From the NCBI GenBank assembly GCA_964653725.1, contig CAZZHK010000014.1:10405-74404 (forward strand): 64,000 nucleotides of DNA, read 5' to 3'. The translations under genes were made by a program, and so were the position numbers. Under the pieces are notes generated by a model. It worked only from the letters and a program-made list of their open reading frames with translations, made no database searches and was not told where the DNA came from. Positions 8,712 to 18,129 of the stretch are shown one piece after another. Positions within the stretch are counted from its first letter, which is position 1. Each line of letters begins with the position of its first letter. Origin of the DNA: an uncultured Planctomycetales bacterium. Lineage in GTDB: Bacteria; Planctomycetota; UBA1135; CAZZHK01.

Positions 8712-9247
8712 GAGCCCCCGCGCACTGCATCCAGATCACTGACGATCCGGCTGCAGGGGCGGTCCTGGCGGAGCGGCGGGGAGCCGATGGGCTCATGTTC
8801 AGGTGCCCCGGCCCCATGGACGCGGGCAAGGTGCTGGCCGCCCTTTCGCGGATCCGGGCGGACCACCCCCAGTGGTGGATCTGCGTGAATGAACGCCTGG
8901 ATCTCGCGTTGGCGCTGCCGGCGGACGCACTTCATGTCGGCTTCCGGGGTCCCCGCCTGCCCGATCTTCGCCGCATCTGGAACCGACCGGTCGGGATGTC
9001 CGTCCATGACGCCGACGAGGCCGGACAGGCACAGGCGGCCGACTACCTGCTGTACGGCCCGGTCCGCGACACTCCCTCCAAGACGGGCATCCTGGAGCCA
9101 CGGGGCATGGATGGTCTCGAGGAGGCCTGCCGAGGGGCTCGATGCCCGGTCCTCGCCGTGGGGGGCATGGGCCCTGCCGACCTGGACACGGTCCGTGCCC
9201 GTGGAGCGCATGGCGTGGCGTTCATCCGGGGAGGGGGGCAGCCGTGA
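8708..9247 (+). CDS. thiE: Thiamine-phosphate synthase-like (ThiE/TenI family)
   Basis: ThiE-family features include ADALHVGF, SVHDADEA...AADYLLYGPV..TPSK and PVLAVGGMG. The internal ATG at 8708 overlaps the upstream stop (ATGA). The ORF-track extension back to 8492 is probably not translated. Confidence 0.7.
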   Translation: MRAPAHCIQITDDPAAGAVLAERRGADGLMFRCPGPMDAGKVLAALSRIRADHPQWWICVNERLDLALALPADALHVGFRGPRLPDLRRIWNRPVGMSVHDADEAGQAQAADYLLYGPVRDTPSKTGILEPRGMDGLEEACRGARCPVLAVGGMGPADLDTVRARGAHGVAFIRGGGQP

Positions 9248-10137
9248 GCGGACGGACCGAGGACCAGTGGGTGGAGTGGATGGCCGGCGTCGCAGGTCCC
9301 TGCCTGGGGGATGACGCGGCGGTCCTTGAGGTCACTGCCAGCCACCAGGTGGTCGCCTCCGACATGCTGGTCGAGGGCCGTCACTTCACCGTTCCCCCCT
9401 TCCGGCCGACGGACGTCGGCGCCAAGGCCGTGCTTCGGACCCTCTCGGACATGGCGGCCATGGGAGCTCGACCGCAATGGGTCCTGCTGTCGCTGGCATT
9501 GCCAGGCAGCTGGTCTGGCCAGGCGTTCCGCGCCCTGTTCCGAGGCGCGGTCCGCGCTGCCGAGGACCACGGCGCACGGCTGGTCGGCGGCGACACCTCC
9601 GACACATCCGGCCCGCTGGTGGTGGACGTGTCCGCAGGCGGCGTTCCCGGAGGCCCGGCAGCCGTCACACGGTCCGGGGCACGACCCGGCGATGTCCTGG
9701 TGGTGACGGGTGCCCTGGGGGGCCAGGGAATGAACGGGTGGCGGTCGCCGCGGGCCCGCATCGAGGAGGGCGTCAGTCTGGCGGCGAAGTACGGTGCCCG
9801 CGCCATGATTGACCTGTCGGACGGGCTGGCCGCGGATCTGCCCCGCATGTGCACAGCCTCGGGTGTCGGAGCCATGATCGAGAACCTGCCCATCGCGCCG
9901 GCCGCCCGCAGGGCCGCAGCCGCCGACGGCAGGACGCCTCTTGCCCATGCCCTGGAGGACGGCGAGGACTATGAACTCCTGGCAGCGCTGCCGCCCGATG
10001 CCTGGGAGCGGGCTCTCGAGAACCCTCTGCTGGATCTCGTCCGGATTGGAAACGTCACCAGGGACCCGGCCCTGAACCTGCTGCAGGACGGGGCACGCAT
10101 GCCGTTTCCCCACGGGGGCCATGTCCGTCGATTCTGA
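9244..10137 (+). CDS. thiL: Thiamine-monophosphate kinase (AIR-synthase-related fold)
   Basis: ThiL-type motifs are LGDDAAVL, SDMLVEGRHF, KAVLRTLSDMAAMGA, GGDTS and DLSDGL. The GTG start at 9244 overlaps the thiE stop (GTGA). Confidence 0.85.
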   Translation: MSGRTEDQWVEWMAGVAGPCLGDDAAVLEVTASHQVVASDMLVEGRHFTVPPFRPTDVGAKAVLRTLSDMAAMGARPQWVLLSLALPGSWSGQAFRALFRGAVRAAEDHGARLVGGDTSDTSGPLVVDVSAGGVPGGPAAVTRSGARPGDVLVVTGALGGQGMNGWRSPRARIEEGVSLAAKYGARAMIDLSDGLAADLPRMCTASGVGAMIENLPIAPAARRAAAADGRTPLAHALEDGEDYELLAALPPDAWERALENPLLDLVRIGNVTRDPALNLLQDGARMPFPHGGHVRRF

Positions 10138-10600
10138 GCGGGCGGTGAACTGCGTCTCACAAGAGGCCACCCGGGAGCTGGGCCGCTGCCTGGGGGCCGC
10201 TGCGCGGCCGGGCGACCTGATCGCGGTCGTCGGCCCCCTGGGCGCCGGCAAGACGGTCCTGGCCCGGGGCGTGGCCGCTGGACTCGGTGTCGATGGGTTC
10301 ATTCCCTCTCCGTCTTTCCACATCTGCCTCGAGCATCCTGGCCCCGTCCCGATGCGCCATGTGGACGCCTACCTCTCGGACAAGCTGGACGCGTTTCTCG
10401 ACGAGGGCCTCGGGGACTGGCTCGACGACGATGGCTCATGCGTCCTGATCGAGTGGGCCGACCGCCTCGCCGGCCTGCTCCCTGCAGACCGGCTCGAGGT
10501 CCGCATCGAGGTCGTGGGAGAGGAGGAGCGGACCGTTCTTCTGAGAGCCCACGGCCCTGGCTCGCTGCGGCACCTGGCAGAGGCGGTGCCTGCCCCGTGA
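10121..10600 (+). CDS. tsaE: tRNA t6A37 biosynthesis ATPase TsaE (YjeE)
   Basis: It has a P-loop (GPLGAGKTVLARG), SPSF and HVDAYL, and its ~159-aa size is typical of TsaE. It overlaps the thiL 3' end by 17 nt. Confidence 0.8.
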   Translation: MSVDSERAVNCVSQEATRELGRCLGAAARPGDLIAVVGPLGAGKTVLARGVAAGLGVDGFIPSPSFHICLEHPGPVPMRHVDAYLSDKLDAFLDEGLGDWLDDDGSCVLIEWADRLAGLLPADRLEVRIEVVGEEERTVLLRAHGPGSLRHLAEAVPAP

Positions 10601-11208
10601 ACCCCGGCGTCGAGGGGCCCGTTCAGGGGGATGAGCATGAACAGCACACCGATCCTCTGGCCCGCTTCCGGGACGGGGACGAGTCCGCCTTCCAGGAGAT
10701 CCTGGACGACTGGGGACCCGTCCTGCTTGGGTTCTTCGAACGGCGCACGCGTGACCCCGGTCTGGCCGAGGACCTTTCCCAGGAGACCTTCTTCCGCCTG
10801 TTCCGCCATGCGCACGCCTATCGGCCCCGGGGCACGTTCGGCGCTTTCCTGTTCCAGGTGGCGCGCAACCTCTGGATCGACTCCTACCGCAGCCGCCGGG
10901 CCCGCATCCAGCCAACCAGTCTGGACCGAACGAACCCACGCACCGACATACCGATCGGCGACACGGTGGCGTCTCCAGTGCCCGACCCTGCGCATGAATC
11001 GGTCCAGGCCGAGCAGACCAGGCGTCTGCACGCTCTTGTGGACAGGCTCCCCGAGAACCAGCGCCTGTGCGTCGAATTGGCCGTCTTCGGACACCTCCCC
11101 TATGACCGGGTCGGAGTGCTGCTTGGCGTCCCGGAGGGCACAGTGAAGAGCCGCATGCACTACGCCATGCGCCGATTGCGCGAACTCGCCGAGGGCATGG
11201 ACCTGTGA
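10597..11208 (+). CDS. ECF-type RNA polymerase sigma-70 factor
   Basis: Region 2 reads DLSQETFFRLFRHAHAYR...FLFQVARNLWIDSYR. Region 4 reads LPENQRLCVELAVFGHLPYDRVGVLLGVPEGTVKSRMHYAMRRLRE. The GTG start at 10597 overlaps the tsaE stop. Confidence 0.85.
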   Translation: MNPGVEGPVQGDEHEQHTDPLARFRDGDESAFQEILDDWGPVLLGFFERRTRDPGLAEDLSQETFFRLFRHAHAYRPRGTFGAFLFQVARNLWIDSYRSRRARIQPTSLDRTNPRTDIPIGDTVASPVPDPAHESVQAEQTRRLHALVDRLPENQRLCVELAVFGHLPYDRVGVLLGVPEGTVKSRMHYAMRRLRELAEGMDL

Positions 11209-12272
11209 CGCGGCTGTCCGACGCTGACCTGCTCGATCGGCTTCGCGCCGAAGCACCGGCCCTGAGACCCCTGCCCGGGGGTTTTGCCGACAAGCTCCGG
11301 CAGAGGCTGGCCGCTGTGGAAACCCCGCCGGCAGGCCGAGTGCTGGCCATGGCAATCCGCCGCAGCGGCTGGATTCGGTTGGCAGCGGCCTCGCTCGTGC
11401 TGCACGTCTGTGCGGTCGGAGCGGTCGGGTGGCTCGTCTTCCAGGAGGCCCGCGAGGAGCACGTCATTCGTATCCTGCCGGACGATCCTGTTGCTGGCCT
11501 GCTGCCGCAGACGGCAGAGGAGGAGCCGGTGGTCCTCGCACCTCCCGCTCCGCCGGACCCGGAGGTGGTGGAGACGTCCTTCGATGGACTGCGGTCGGAG
11601 ACCCATTCCGTTGAACGCTTCCTGCGGCGGGCTCGCGGATCGCATCGCCTTCGTCAGGCCGTGGCCCTCGAACCCGGTGGACAAGGGGTCCTGGCCGCCC
11701 TCGACCTGTCCCTGGACTCCGCCGGTTCCGGGCCGCTGGCAATGCTCGCCCGCCACTTCGCCGAGGGCTCCCAGCTCCCACTTTCTCCCTCGGACGACGA
11801 CCCGGTCCTCTGGTGGGGCCAGTGGGAGGCCTCCTATGCCGGAGCCCACTCAGCCGCGCCCGGCCCCGGCCCGGTGATCGACCTGGACGCCTTCGCGGCC
11901 CAGGCACTGATGGCCTGGGGCCACCGCCTCGCCCTTCAGTCCGGCTCCCCTGCCCACGCGGGGACCACCGCTTCGCTGGAGACCCTCTATGCGGTCACCC
12001 CAGACGATCTGCCGGAACGGAAGGCGCTCCTGGCGGCCTGCCTGCTGTTCGCCGGCGAGAACCGTCCGTCCCTGATTCGCGAGGCAACCTGGGATCCAGA
12101 GTCCATCAGGGGACTCTCCCCCGTCGAGATGGTGGTCGCCGCCCACGCGCTGGCCCGCACCGACCGCCGCCATGGCGTGCAGTTCTGCCGTCTGGTGATC
12201 GGCATCACGGGGATCAGCGCCGAGTGGCGCGCCGTGATCCTGTCGGCCGTCGTGGCCTACGACACGCCCTGA
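11205..12272 (+). CDS. Putative anti-sigma factor (single-pass membrane protein)
   Basis: It is GTGA-coupled directly downstream of the ECF sigma gene and has one hydrophobic span (IRLAAASLVLHVCAVGAVGWLVF) after a ~55-aa cytoplasmic head. I see no recognisable zinc-binding anti-sigma motif, so the function rests on position only. Confidence 0.45.
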   Translation: MTRLSDADLLDRLRAEAPALRPLPGGFADKLRQRLAAVETPPAGRVLAMAIRRSGWIRLAAASLVLHVCAVGAVGWLVFQEAREEHVIRILPDDPVAGLLPQTAEEEPVVLAPPAPPDPEVVETSFDGLRSETHSVERFLRRARGSHRLRQAVALEPGGQGVLAALDLSLDSAGSGPLAMLARHFAEGSQLPLSPSDDDPVLWWGQWEASYAGAHSAAPGPGPVIDLDAFAAQALMAWGHRLALQSGSPAHAGTTASLETLYAVTPDDLPERKALLAACLLFAGENRPSLIREATWDPESIRGLSPVEMVVAAHALARTDRRHGVQFCRLVIGITGISAEWRAVILSAVVAYDTP

Positions 12273-12341
12273 CCCGTCGGGCGATACGCTGGGGCCGACC
12301 GGCCCGCAGGGCCTGCACACCTTCACATCAGGACGATCACC

Positions 12342-13829
12342 ATGCATCTGCAAGCTCTCCTCTGTTCGCTGGCAGCCCTCAGCGGCGGCACGGATCTGGA
12401 CACACCGGATCCGCGCCGGCTGGAACTCTCCCTGGACGAGGCCGTCCTCATGGCGCGCGGCTCGGCCACCGCGCTGCAGCTGGCCACCCTCGACCGGACC
12501 GCCGCGCGCGAGGCCGTCATGGCCGAGGCGGCCGCCTTCGACCCCGCTTTCTACATGGACACCTCTGCCGGCAACCGCAAGACGCCCAACTCGTTCTTCG
12601 CTTCCAGCGGTCTTGGCGCGCTTGACCAGGAGTCCCGTTCGTTCAACTACCAGACCGGCATTCGAGAGGCCACGACCTTCGGGGGGTCCTTCTCGGTCGG
12701 CTTCGACTACAGCCGCTGGCGCACCATCGGCACGTCGTTCTTCGGGGGGCCCAGCGACTCGGTCTCTCACGACTACGGTTTTGCCGCGTCGTTCACCCAG
12801 CCGCTGCTGCGCGGCGGAGGACGGACCGCCGGGCTGAGCGCCCTGCGGACCGCCCAGCATCAACGTGACCAGACCCAGGCGGCGGGGCGCGACACCACCT
12901 CGGCCACGATTCTCCTGGTGCACGAGGCCTACTGGGGCCTGGTGGCCGCCCGCCAGCAGCTCGAGGTGGCGCGTGTCTCGCTCGGAAGGGCGGACCGCCT
13001 TAGGGAGGTCAATCTCGCCAAACTGGAACAGGGGCTCATTGCCGAGGTGGAACTGCTGCAGGCCGAAACCGATGTCGCGACGCGTCAGGAGCAGGTGTCA
13101 GCCGCGTCAAAGGGAATCGCCGACGCCCAGGACGTCCTCCTGCGCCTGATCACGGACCCCGGCGATTACCAATCCTGGGATGGGCAGGTGGTCCCGACGA
13201 CGGAACCGGCTGCAGGTGAACCGGTCCCGGTGCCGAACTGGCGCGAGGCGGCCCAGGTGGCTTTCGGGCAGCGGCCCGATCTCGAGAGGCTGCACAGCGA
13301 ACTGGCAGAGCGCGAGAACGACCTCGCCGTGTCCCTCAATGCCGGCCGCATGAAGCTGGATTTGACCAGCAGCGTCGGATCCGGATCCGCCCTGCCTGGC
13401 TCCGCCGGTCCCGAGGAGACATTTAGGTTCGACTTTCCTGAGTTCAGCGTGGCGATCAATCTTGAGGTTCCGCTGGGCAACCGCGCGGCCAGCGCCCGCA
13501 CGAGGGCGGCCCACAGCCAGGTCGCACGTGCGCGCCGCGCCCTTGACGATGGTCGCGCACAGTCCATCCAGGAAGTCAAGGCGGCCGTCCGCGACCTGGC
13601 CTACCTGGTCCAAAGGCGGGAGGCCACGGACCTTGCAGTCCGGCTGGCGGAGAGGCAGCTGGCGGGCGAGGAGCGCAAGTACCAAGTCGGCTTGAGCACC
13701 AACTTCGAGGTGCTGGCACTGCAGGAGGACCTGGCTGCTGCCGAGTCCAACCGGGTCGCGGCCGTCACCGACTACGCCCAGGCCCTGGCCCAGCTGCGCC
13801 ACGTCCAGGGCACCCTGGACCGCACTTGA
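12342..13829 (+). CDS. TolC-family outer-membrane efflux protein
   Basis: It has a signal peptide and two repeated halves with the typical OEP pattern (PLLRGGG..., long QL.VA...L..A..L alpha-helical coiled segments, and C-terminal YQVGLSTNFEVL.LQEDL..AE...V.A..DY..ALAQL). Confidence 0.7.
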   Translation: MHLQALLCSLAALSGGTDLDTPDPRRLELSLDEAVLMARGSATALQLATLDRTAAREAVMAEAAAFDPAFYMDTSAGNRKTPNSFFASSGLGALDQESRSFNYQTGIREATTFGGSFSVGFDYSRWRTIGTSFFGGPSDSVSHDYGFAASFTQPLLRGGGRTAGLSALRTAQHQRDQTQAAGRDTTSATILLVHEAYWGLVAARQQLEVARVSLGRADRLREVNLAKLEQGLIAEVELLQAETDVATRQEQVSAASKGIADAQDVLLRLITDPGDYQSWDGQVVPTTEPAAGEPVPVPNWREAAQVAFGQRPDLERLHSELAERENDLAVSLNAGRMKLDLTSSVGSGSALPGSAGPEETFRFDFPEFSVAINLEVPLGNRAASARTRAAHSQVARARRALDDGRAQSIQEVKAAVRDLAYLVQRREATDLAVRLAERQLAGEERKYQVGLSTNFEVLALQEDLAAAESNRVAAVTDYAQALAQLRHVQGTLDRT

Positions 13830-15379
13830 ATAGGCTGCTCACCACCGCAGTCCTCTGCCTTGCCGCGGCCTGCTCGGGCGGAGCGGACCCTTCGCCGGCA
13901 GTCTACGCGCCTGCCCCCGAGCCGCCGTGTGACCGTCCTGCATGGGAAGGGTTGGACAAGGACCCGCTGGATCTGCTCGCGAGACACCTGCTCCGTGGCT
14001 CCAGCAGGGCCAGGCACTTCGCTGCAGCCCGGCTGGCGGAAGGCGGCCGTGCTGCCGTCACCGCGCTCGAATCCCTGCGCGCGGACAGCGGCTCCTCCCC
14101 TTCCGGCAGGCTTGTGGATGCCAACATCTGCGACGCGCTCGCCCTCATGGATCCGAACCCACAGAGTCTCGCCCTGTTGCGGGACCTGGTTCGTTCACCG
14201 ATCGGCCTGGTCCAGATCAAGGCATCGCGCGCACTGGCGGTCCAGGGTGTGCCCGGGGACGCCGCACTCCTGGCGGAGGTTCTCGAGAGTGCCGACGGCA
14301 CCCACCGGCGCGCCCTGATGGGGGCCCTGGCACTGGCCGGAAACCCGGCCGCCCCTGCACTCGAGAGAATCCTTGCCCGCCCCGCGGACCAGGATCTGCA
14401 CGCCGAGGCCCTCCTCCTGCTGGCCGGTCTGGAGGTGGGCAGGGACTCAAAAACGGTCCTCGACCATGTAGGTGGCCTCGATCTGCTCTCGGTGAGGGTC
14501 ACCAGCATCCTTGCCGGGGCGGGCCATCCGCGCGCCGTCGAATGGTTGACCATGCACGCGCAGGACGCCGCTCCGGAAGTGCGAACGGCGGCAGCACTGG
14601 GGCTCTATGGGCGGGGAGACGTCTGGGACGACGTGGCCCGATCGAAGGAGACCACGGTCAAGCGCGCCTGTCTGGCGGCTTGGCCCGAGGGCGACCCGGC
14701 CCCGGAGGTGCTCAGGTCCTACCTCTACGACCCGGATCCGGGATTCAGGAGGGAGGCGATGAAGGCATTCGCCATGCACGGGGATCCGGAGTTCATGGAA
14801 TCCCTTCTGGAGCGCCTGCGGGCTCCCGGTCTCACCCCGCGCACGCTGAATGATCTGGTGGCGCTGCTGGCGGACCCGCAGGTCAAGGAGACCCGGGCCC
14901 TCGACGTGTTGGAGAAAATGGCATCACGCCCCGGCTTCCGGAATCAGCTGACCGTCTGGCAGGCGCTTTCCTCGCTGGGTGGAGGTCGGGCGGCGCAGGC
15001 GTTTGCCGACGCCATCATGGAGCCCGGACTTGTGGTGTCCGGCAGGGCGGCCAACGAGGTGCTGCCCGCCCTGGCCGTCGGTGTCGGCGAGGACGGGGTT
15101 GCCGTCTACCTGGCCGCCGCATCCGGCACGGACGACTCTGCCCTTCGGGCGCTGCTTCTCGCGTCCGCCGTAGGGTGCGGCGGCGATGCGGCGGCCGCAC
15201 TACTCCTGGACAGGGTCCTGGACGAGACCGAATCACCGGCACTGCGGGCACGCCTCATCGCAAGGTGGCCCGCTGTCTGCAGAGGCAGGGGACTGAAGGA
15301 CCTGGCAGCCGCCCTGCCGCTCATGGCCGACCCCGAGGTCCAGCAGCACTTGAACTGCCTCCTCTGGGAGTACTACTAG
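13826..15379 (+). CDS. HEAT-repeat lipoprotein
   Basis: A lipobox-like signal (LCLAAAC) is followed by repeated HEAT-like helix pairs (..VR..AA.AL...G....). The TTG start overlaps the tolC-like stop (TTGA). Function is unknown. Confidence 0.6.
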   Translation: MNRLLTTAVLCLAAACSGGADPSPAVYAPAPEPPCDRPAWEGLDKDPLDLLARHLLRGSSRARHFAAARLAEGGRAAVTALESLRADSGSSPSGRLVDANICDALALMDPNPQSLALLRDLVRSPIGLVQIKASRALAVQGVPGDAALLAEVLESADGTHRRALMGALALAGNPAAPALERILARPADQDLHAEALLLLAGLEVGRDSKTVLDHVGGLDLLSVRVTSILAGAGHPRAVEWLTMHAQDAAPEVRTAAALGLYGRGDVWDDVARSKETTVKRACLAAWPEGDPAPEVLRSYLYDPDPGFRREAMKAFAMHGDPEFMESLLERLRAPGLTPRTLNDLVALLADPQVKETRALDVLEKMASRPGFRNQLTVWQALSSLGGGRAAQAFADAIMEPGLVVSGRAANEVLPALAVGVGEDGVAVYLAAASGTDDSALRALLLASAVGCGGDAAAALLLDRVLDETESPALRARLIARWPAVCRGRGLKDLAAALPLMADPEVQQHLNCLLWEYY

Positions 15380-15873
15380 CGGCCGTTCATCGCCGCCCAG
15401 CGCTGCCCATCGCGTCCGAATCCAGGGCGGTCCGGCCAGGGATCGGCGGCATCCATGGCAGGCGCCAGGACCCGCCCTGAATAGCGCTTCACTACGTTGC
15501 GCGTCCCTCTGAGGCCGAAGTCAGGCGGATCCATGGCCCAGGCGGCCATCCCGGTGCTCCCATAGGCCACAGGCCAGGCATGGACCGTCCCGGCATCCAT
15601 CCGGAACAGTGTTCCGTCCACCTCCATCAGTCCGTCACGTCCCGGCTCAGGAAGGCCGTGCAGCGCAAACAGGTCTGCGGGCCACTGGTCCCAGTTCCCG
15701 TTCGCCTTGAAGGCCTTTCCGGCCTCTCCTATTCTCGACATCGTGGACTGCGCCGTTCGTTCCCATCCGGCCGACCGGTGGGCCGCCGTCGCGTCGAGAA
15801 GGGGACCTGCCGCAAGGGCGGCGAAGCCGGCCGCCGTGAAGACCAGACCCATGAGCCCTGAGAGGGTGCGCAT
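15376..15873 (-). CDS. Hypothetical secreted protein
   Basis: The internal ATG at 15873 gives a signal-peptide-like N-terminus (MRTLSGLMGLVFTAAGFAALAAG). The upstream part of the 280-aa ORF is R/G/P-rich and overlaps cca. I recognise no family. Confidence 0.5.
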   Translation of the reverse strand: MRTLSGLMGLVFTAAGFAALAAGPLLDATAAHRSAGWERTAQSTMSRIGEAGKAFKANGNWDQWPADLFALHGLPEPGRDGLMEVDGTLFRMDAGTVHAWPVAYGSTGMAAWAMDPPDFGLRGTRNVVKRYSGRVLAPAMDAADPWPDRPGFGRDGQRWAAMNGR

Positions 15874-15885
15874 CGCACGTTCATT

Positions 15886-17253
15886 GTGACCGGCACGGCA
15901 GCACAATCCCACGTCGTCCGGATCGATTCGGAATTGATTCCGGACGCCGTCAAGCGGGCCGCGGGCATCCTCGAGCAGGCCGGCTGGACAACCCGTCTGG
16001 CCGGCGGCGCAGTCCGGGACCTCCTGCTGGGGGAGGCGCCCCACGACTGGGACCTGGCCACTGCCGCGCGTCCCGACGATGTGGGACGGCTGTTCGATGT
16101 GGCGCACGACGTGGGCGCCGCCTTCGGGACCACCCAGGTGGTGGTGGGGGAGCTGCCTATGCAGGTCACCACCTTCCGGAAGGAGACCGGGTATTCGGAT
16201 CGCCGCCACCCCGACCATGTCGTCTACGCCGACTCACCCGAGGAGGACGCACGGCGGCGTGACTTCACCGTCAATGCCCTGTTCGCAGACCCCGCGGACG
16301 GCCGGGTGCTCGATCTCACTGGCGGCCTGGAGGACTTGGAGCATGGACGCATCCGGGCGGTGGGGGATCCGAGCGACCGGATGGCCGAAGACGCCCTGCG
16401 CGTCCTGAGGGGTGTCCGCTTCTGTGCCCAGCTGGGCTTCGTGATGGACCCCGCCACCGCCCAGGCGGTGCGCGCCGAGGCAGGCAGCCTGGCCATGGTC
16501 AGCACAGAGCGGGTCTTCGAGGAGCTGAGCCGCATCCTCACCGGACCCCGGCCCCTGGAGGGCATCGCCCAGGCGGAAGCCCTGGGCGTCTTGGCGGTCG
16601 TCCTCCCCGAGGCATCCGCCATGCGCGGTGTAGGGCAGGACGCCGGATTCCATCCCGAAGGCGGGGTCGGGGCCCACACCCTGATGACCCTGGGACAATT
16701 GCCGCCGAACCCATCGCTGCGGCTTGCCTGGGCCGCCCTGCTTCACGACATCGGCAAGCCCCCGACCCGGTTCGAGACTGACCGTGCGCGCTTTCACGGC
16801 CATGAGGTTGTAGGCGTTGAGATGGCCGCCGGGGTGATGGACCGAATGAGGGCGCCGCGGCGGCTGGCCAAGGACGTGTCCTGGCTGATCGAAAAGCACC
16901 TATGGATCGCGCGCCTTCCGGAGATGCGCGTGGGCAAGCGGCGGGCCTTCCTGCTGCGGGACGACGCCGACGACCTCTTGGCCCTCTACCGCGCAGACTC
17001 CATGGCGAGCCACGGCCTGATCGGCGTGCTGGACTTTGCGGCCGAGGAGCGTGCGGCCATGGCCGAGCAGCACGTTCCTGACACCCATCTCTTGTCCGGC
17101 CGCGACGTAATTGACGCGGGCATGGCGCCGGGTCCGCCGGTGGGGGAGGTGCTGGCGGAGGCACGACTCCTGGAACTGGAGGGCACCTGGCGAGACCGCG
17201 AGGCGGCGCTGCGCTGGCTGAGTGAGAAGGTGGCGGATCAGGTCGGCGAGTAA
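15886..17253 (+). CDS. cca: tRNA nucleotidyltransferase (CCA-adding enzyme) with HD domain
   Basis: Motifs are GGAVRDLLLG, DWDLAT, TFR...Y.D.RHP, RRDFTVNAL and an HD-domain segment (LLHDIGKP...HGHE). The GTG start at 15886 is uncertain; an in-frame TTG a few codons downstream is possible. Confidence 0.85.
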   Translation: MTGTAAQSHVVRIDSELIPDAVKRAAGILEQAGWTTRLAGGAVRDLLLGEAPHDWDLATAARPDDVGRLFDVAHDVGAAFGTTQVVVGELPMQVTTFRKETGYSDRRHPDHVVYADSPEEDARRRDFTVNALFADPADGRVLDLTGGLEDLEHGRIRAVGDPSDRMAEDALRVLRGVRFCAQLGFVMDPATAQAVRAEAGSLAMVSTERVFEELSRILTGPRPLEGIAQAEALGVLAVVLPEASAMRGVGQDAGFHPEGGVGAHTLMTLGQLPPNPSLRLAWAALLHDIGKPPTRFETDRARFHGHEVVGVEMAAGVMDRMRAPRRLAKDVSWLIEKHLWIARLPEMRVGKRRAFLLRDDADDLLALYRADSMASHGLIGVLDFAAEERAAMAEQHVPDTHLLSGRDVIDAGMAPGPPVGEVLAEARLLELEGTWRDREAALRWLSEKVADQVGE

Positions 17254-18116
17254 CGCCGGCCCACAGCCCGCGAAACCAGCCAAGCAATTCCGCCTGCGGC
17301 AGCCCATACCGGACCTCCGCCGATGCCAGCCGCCGCCGTGTCCAGCAGGCAGATACCGCCGAGGAGGCTGCCCACGGCGGCCTGGGGCCGGCTGCCCACG
17401 ATCCGGACCGCTCGCCCCACGATCACCAGCAGGACCACGCAGGCCCCCGCCGCAGCCAAGTGTCCCGGTCCGCGCCCAGGATCCGTCAGAACCAGGAAGA
17501 GCATGGTTCCCACCGGCGGGCCTGCAGCCGCCAGCACGGCCGGGTGCCAGGGACGCGCCGGACCGGTTTCCCCGGCCGCCACCAGCGACAGGGCCAGCAC
17601 GTAGGGTGCCATGACGTAGACCGCGTAGGGGGCGGCAGGCACATCGGCCCATGAGGCGAACACCTCGACGGCCCCCGACGCTGCCGTCGCACCGAGCAGC
17701 ACGTTGCAGCCGCGGATCGCGGCCAAGCACAGAGGACCCGATCCCCATCGGAAGACGGGCAGCAGGTCATAGAACATGATCAGTCCGGCCATCACCGCCG
17801 CCATCAGCCGGGCCCCTTCACCGCAGGGAATGACGGCAACCTGGGCCAGCACCAGCACCAGGAGACCGGTCAGGAAGGCGGTGCGGCGAGTCATCTCACC
17901 GGAGGGAATCGGTCGATCGGGCCGCTGCACCGCATCTTCCGCAGCATCCGCCGCATCGTTGAGGATCATGCCTCCCGCGTAGAGCAGGACGGATGCCAGG
18001 CAGGCCCACAGGGTCCGGCTGTTCACGGCGCCGGTGGCCAGCAGGGCCCCGGCCCCCACGTTGCACAGGACGCTCGGCAGCCCTGCGGGCCGCACCATGC
18101 GAAACAGGGGGCTCAA
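17238..18116 (-). CDS. UbiA-family prenyltransferase
   Basis: This polytopic membrane protein carries NDAADAAEDAVQRPDRPIPSG (the NDxxDxxxD ... RPxPSG signature). Its substrate is unknown. Confidence 0.75.
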   Translation of the reverse strand: MSPLFRMVRPAGLPSVLCNVGAGALLATGAVNSRTLWACLASVLLYAGGMILNDAADAAEDAVQRPDRPIPSGEMTRRTAFLTGLLVLVLAQVAVIPCGEGARLMAAVMAGLIMFYDLLPVFRWGSGPLCLAAIRGCNVLLGATAASGAVEVFASWADVPAAPYAVYVMAPYVLALSLVAAGETGPARPWHPAVLAAAGPPVGTMLFLVLTDPGRGPGHLAAAGACVVLLVIVGRAVRIVGSRPQAAVGSLLGGICLLDTAAAGIGGGPVWAAAGGIAWLVSRAVGRRYSPT

Positions 18117-18129
18117 CCCGCGCGCATCC

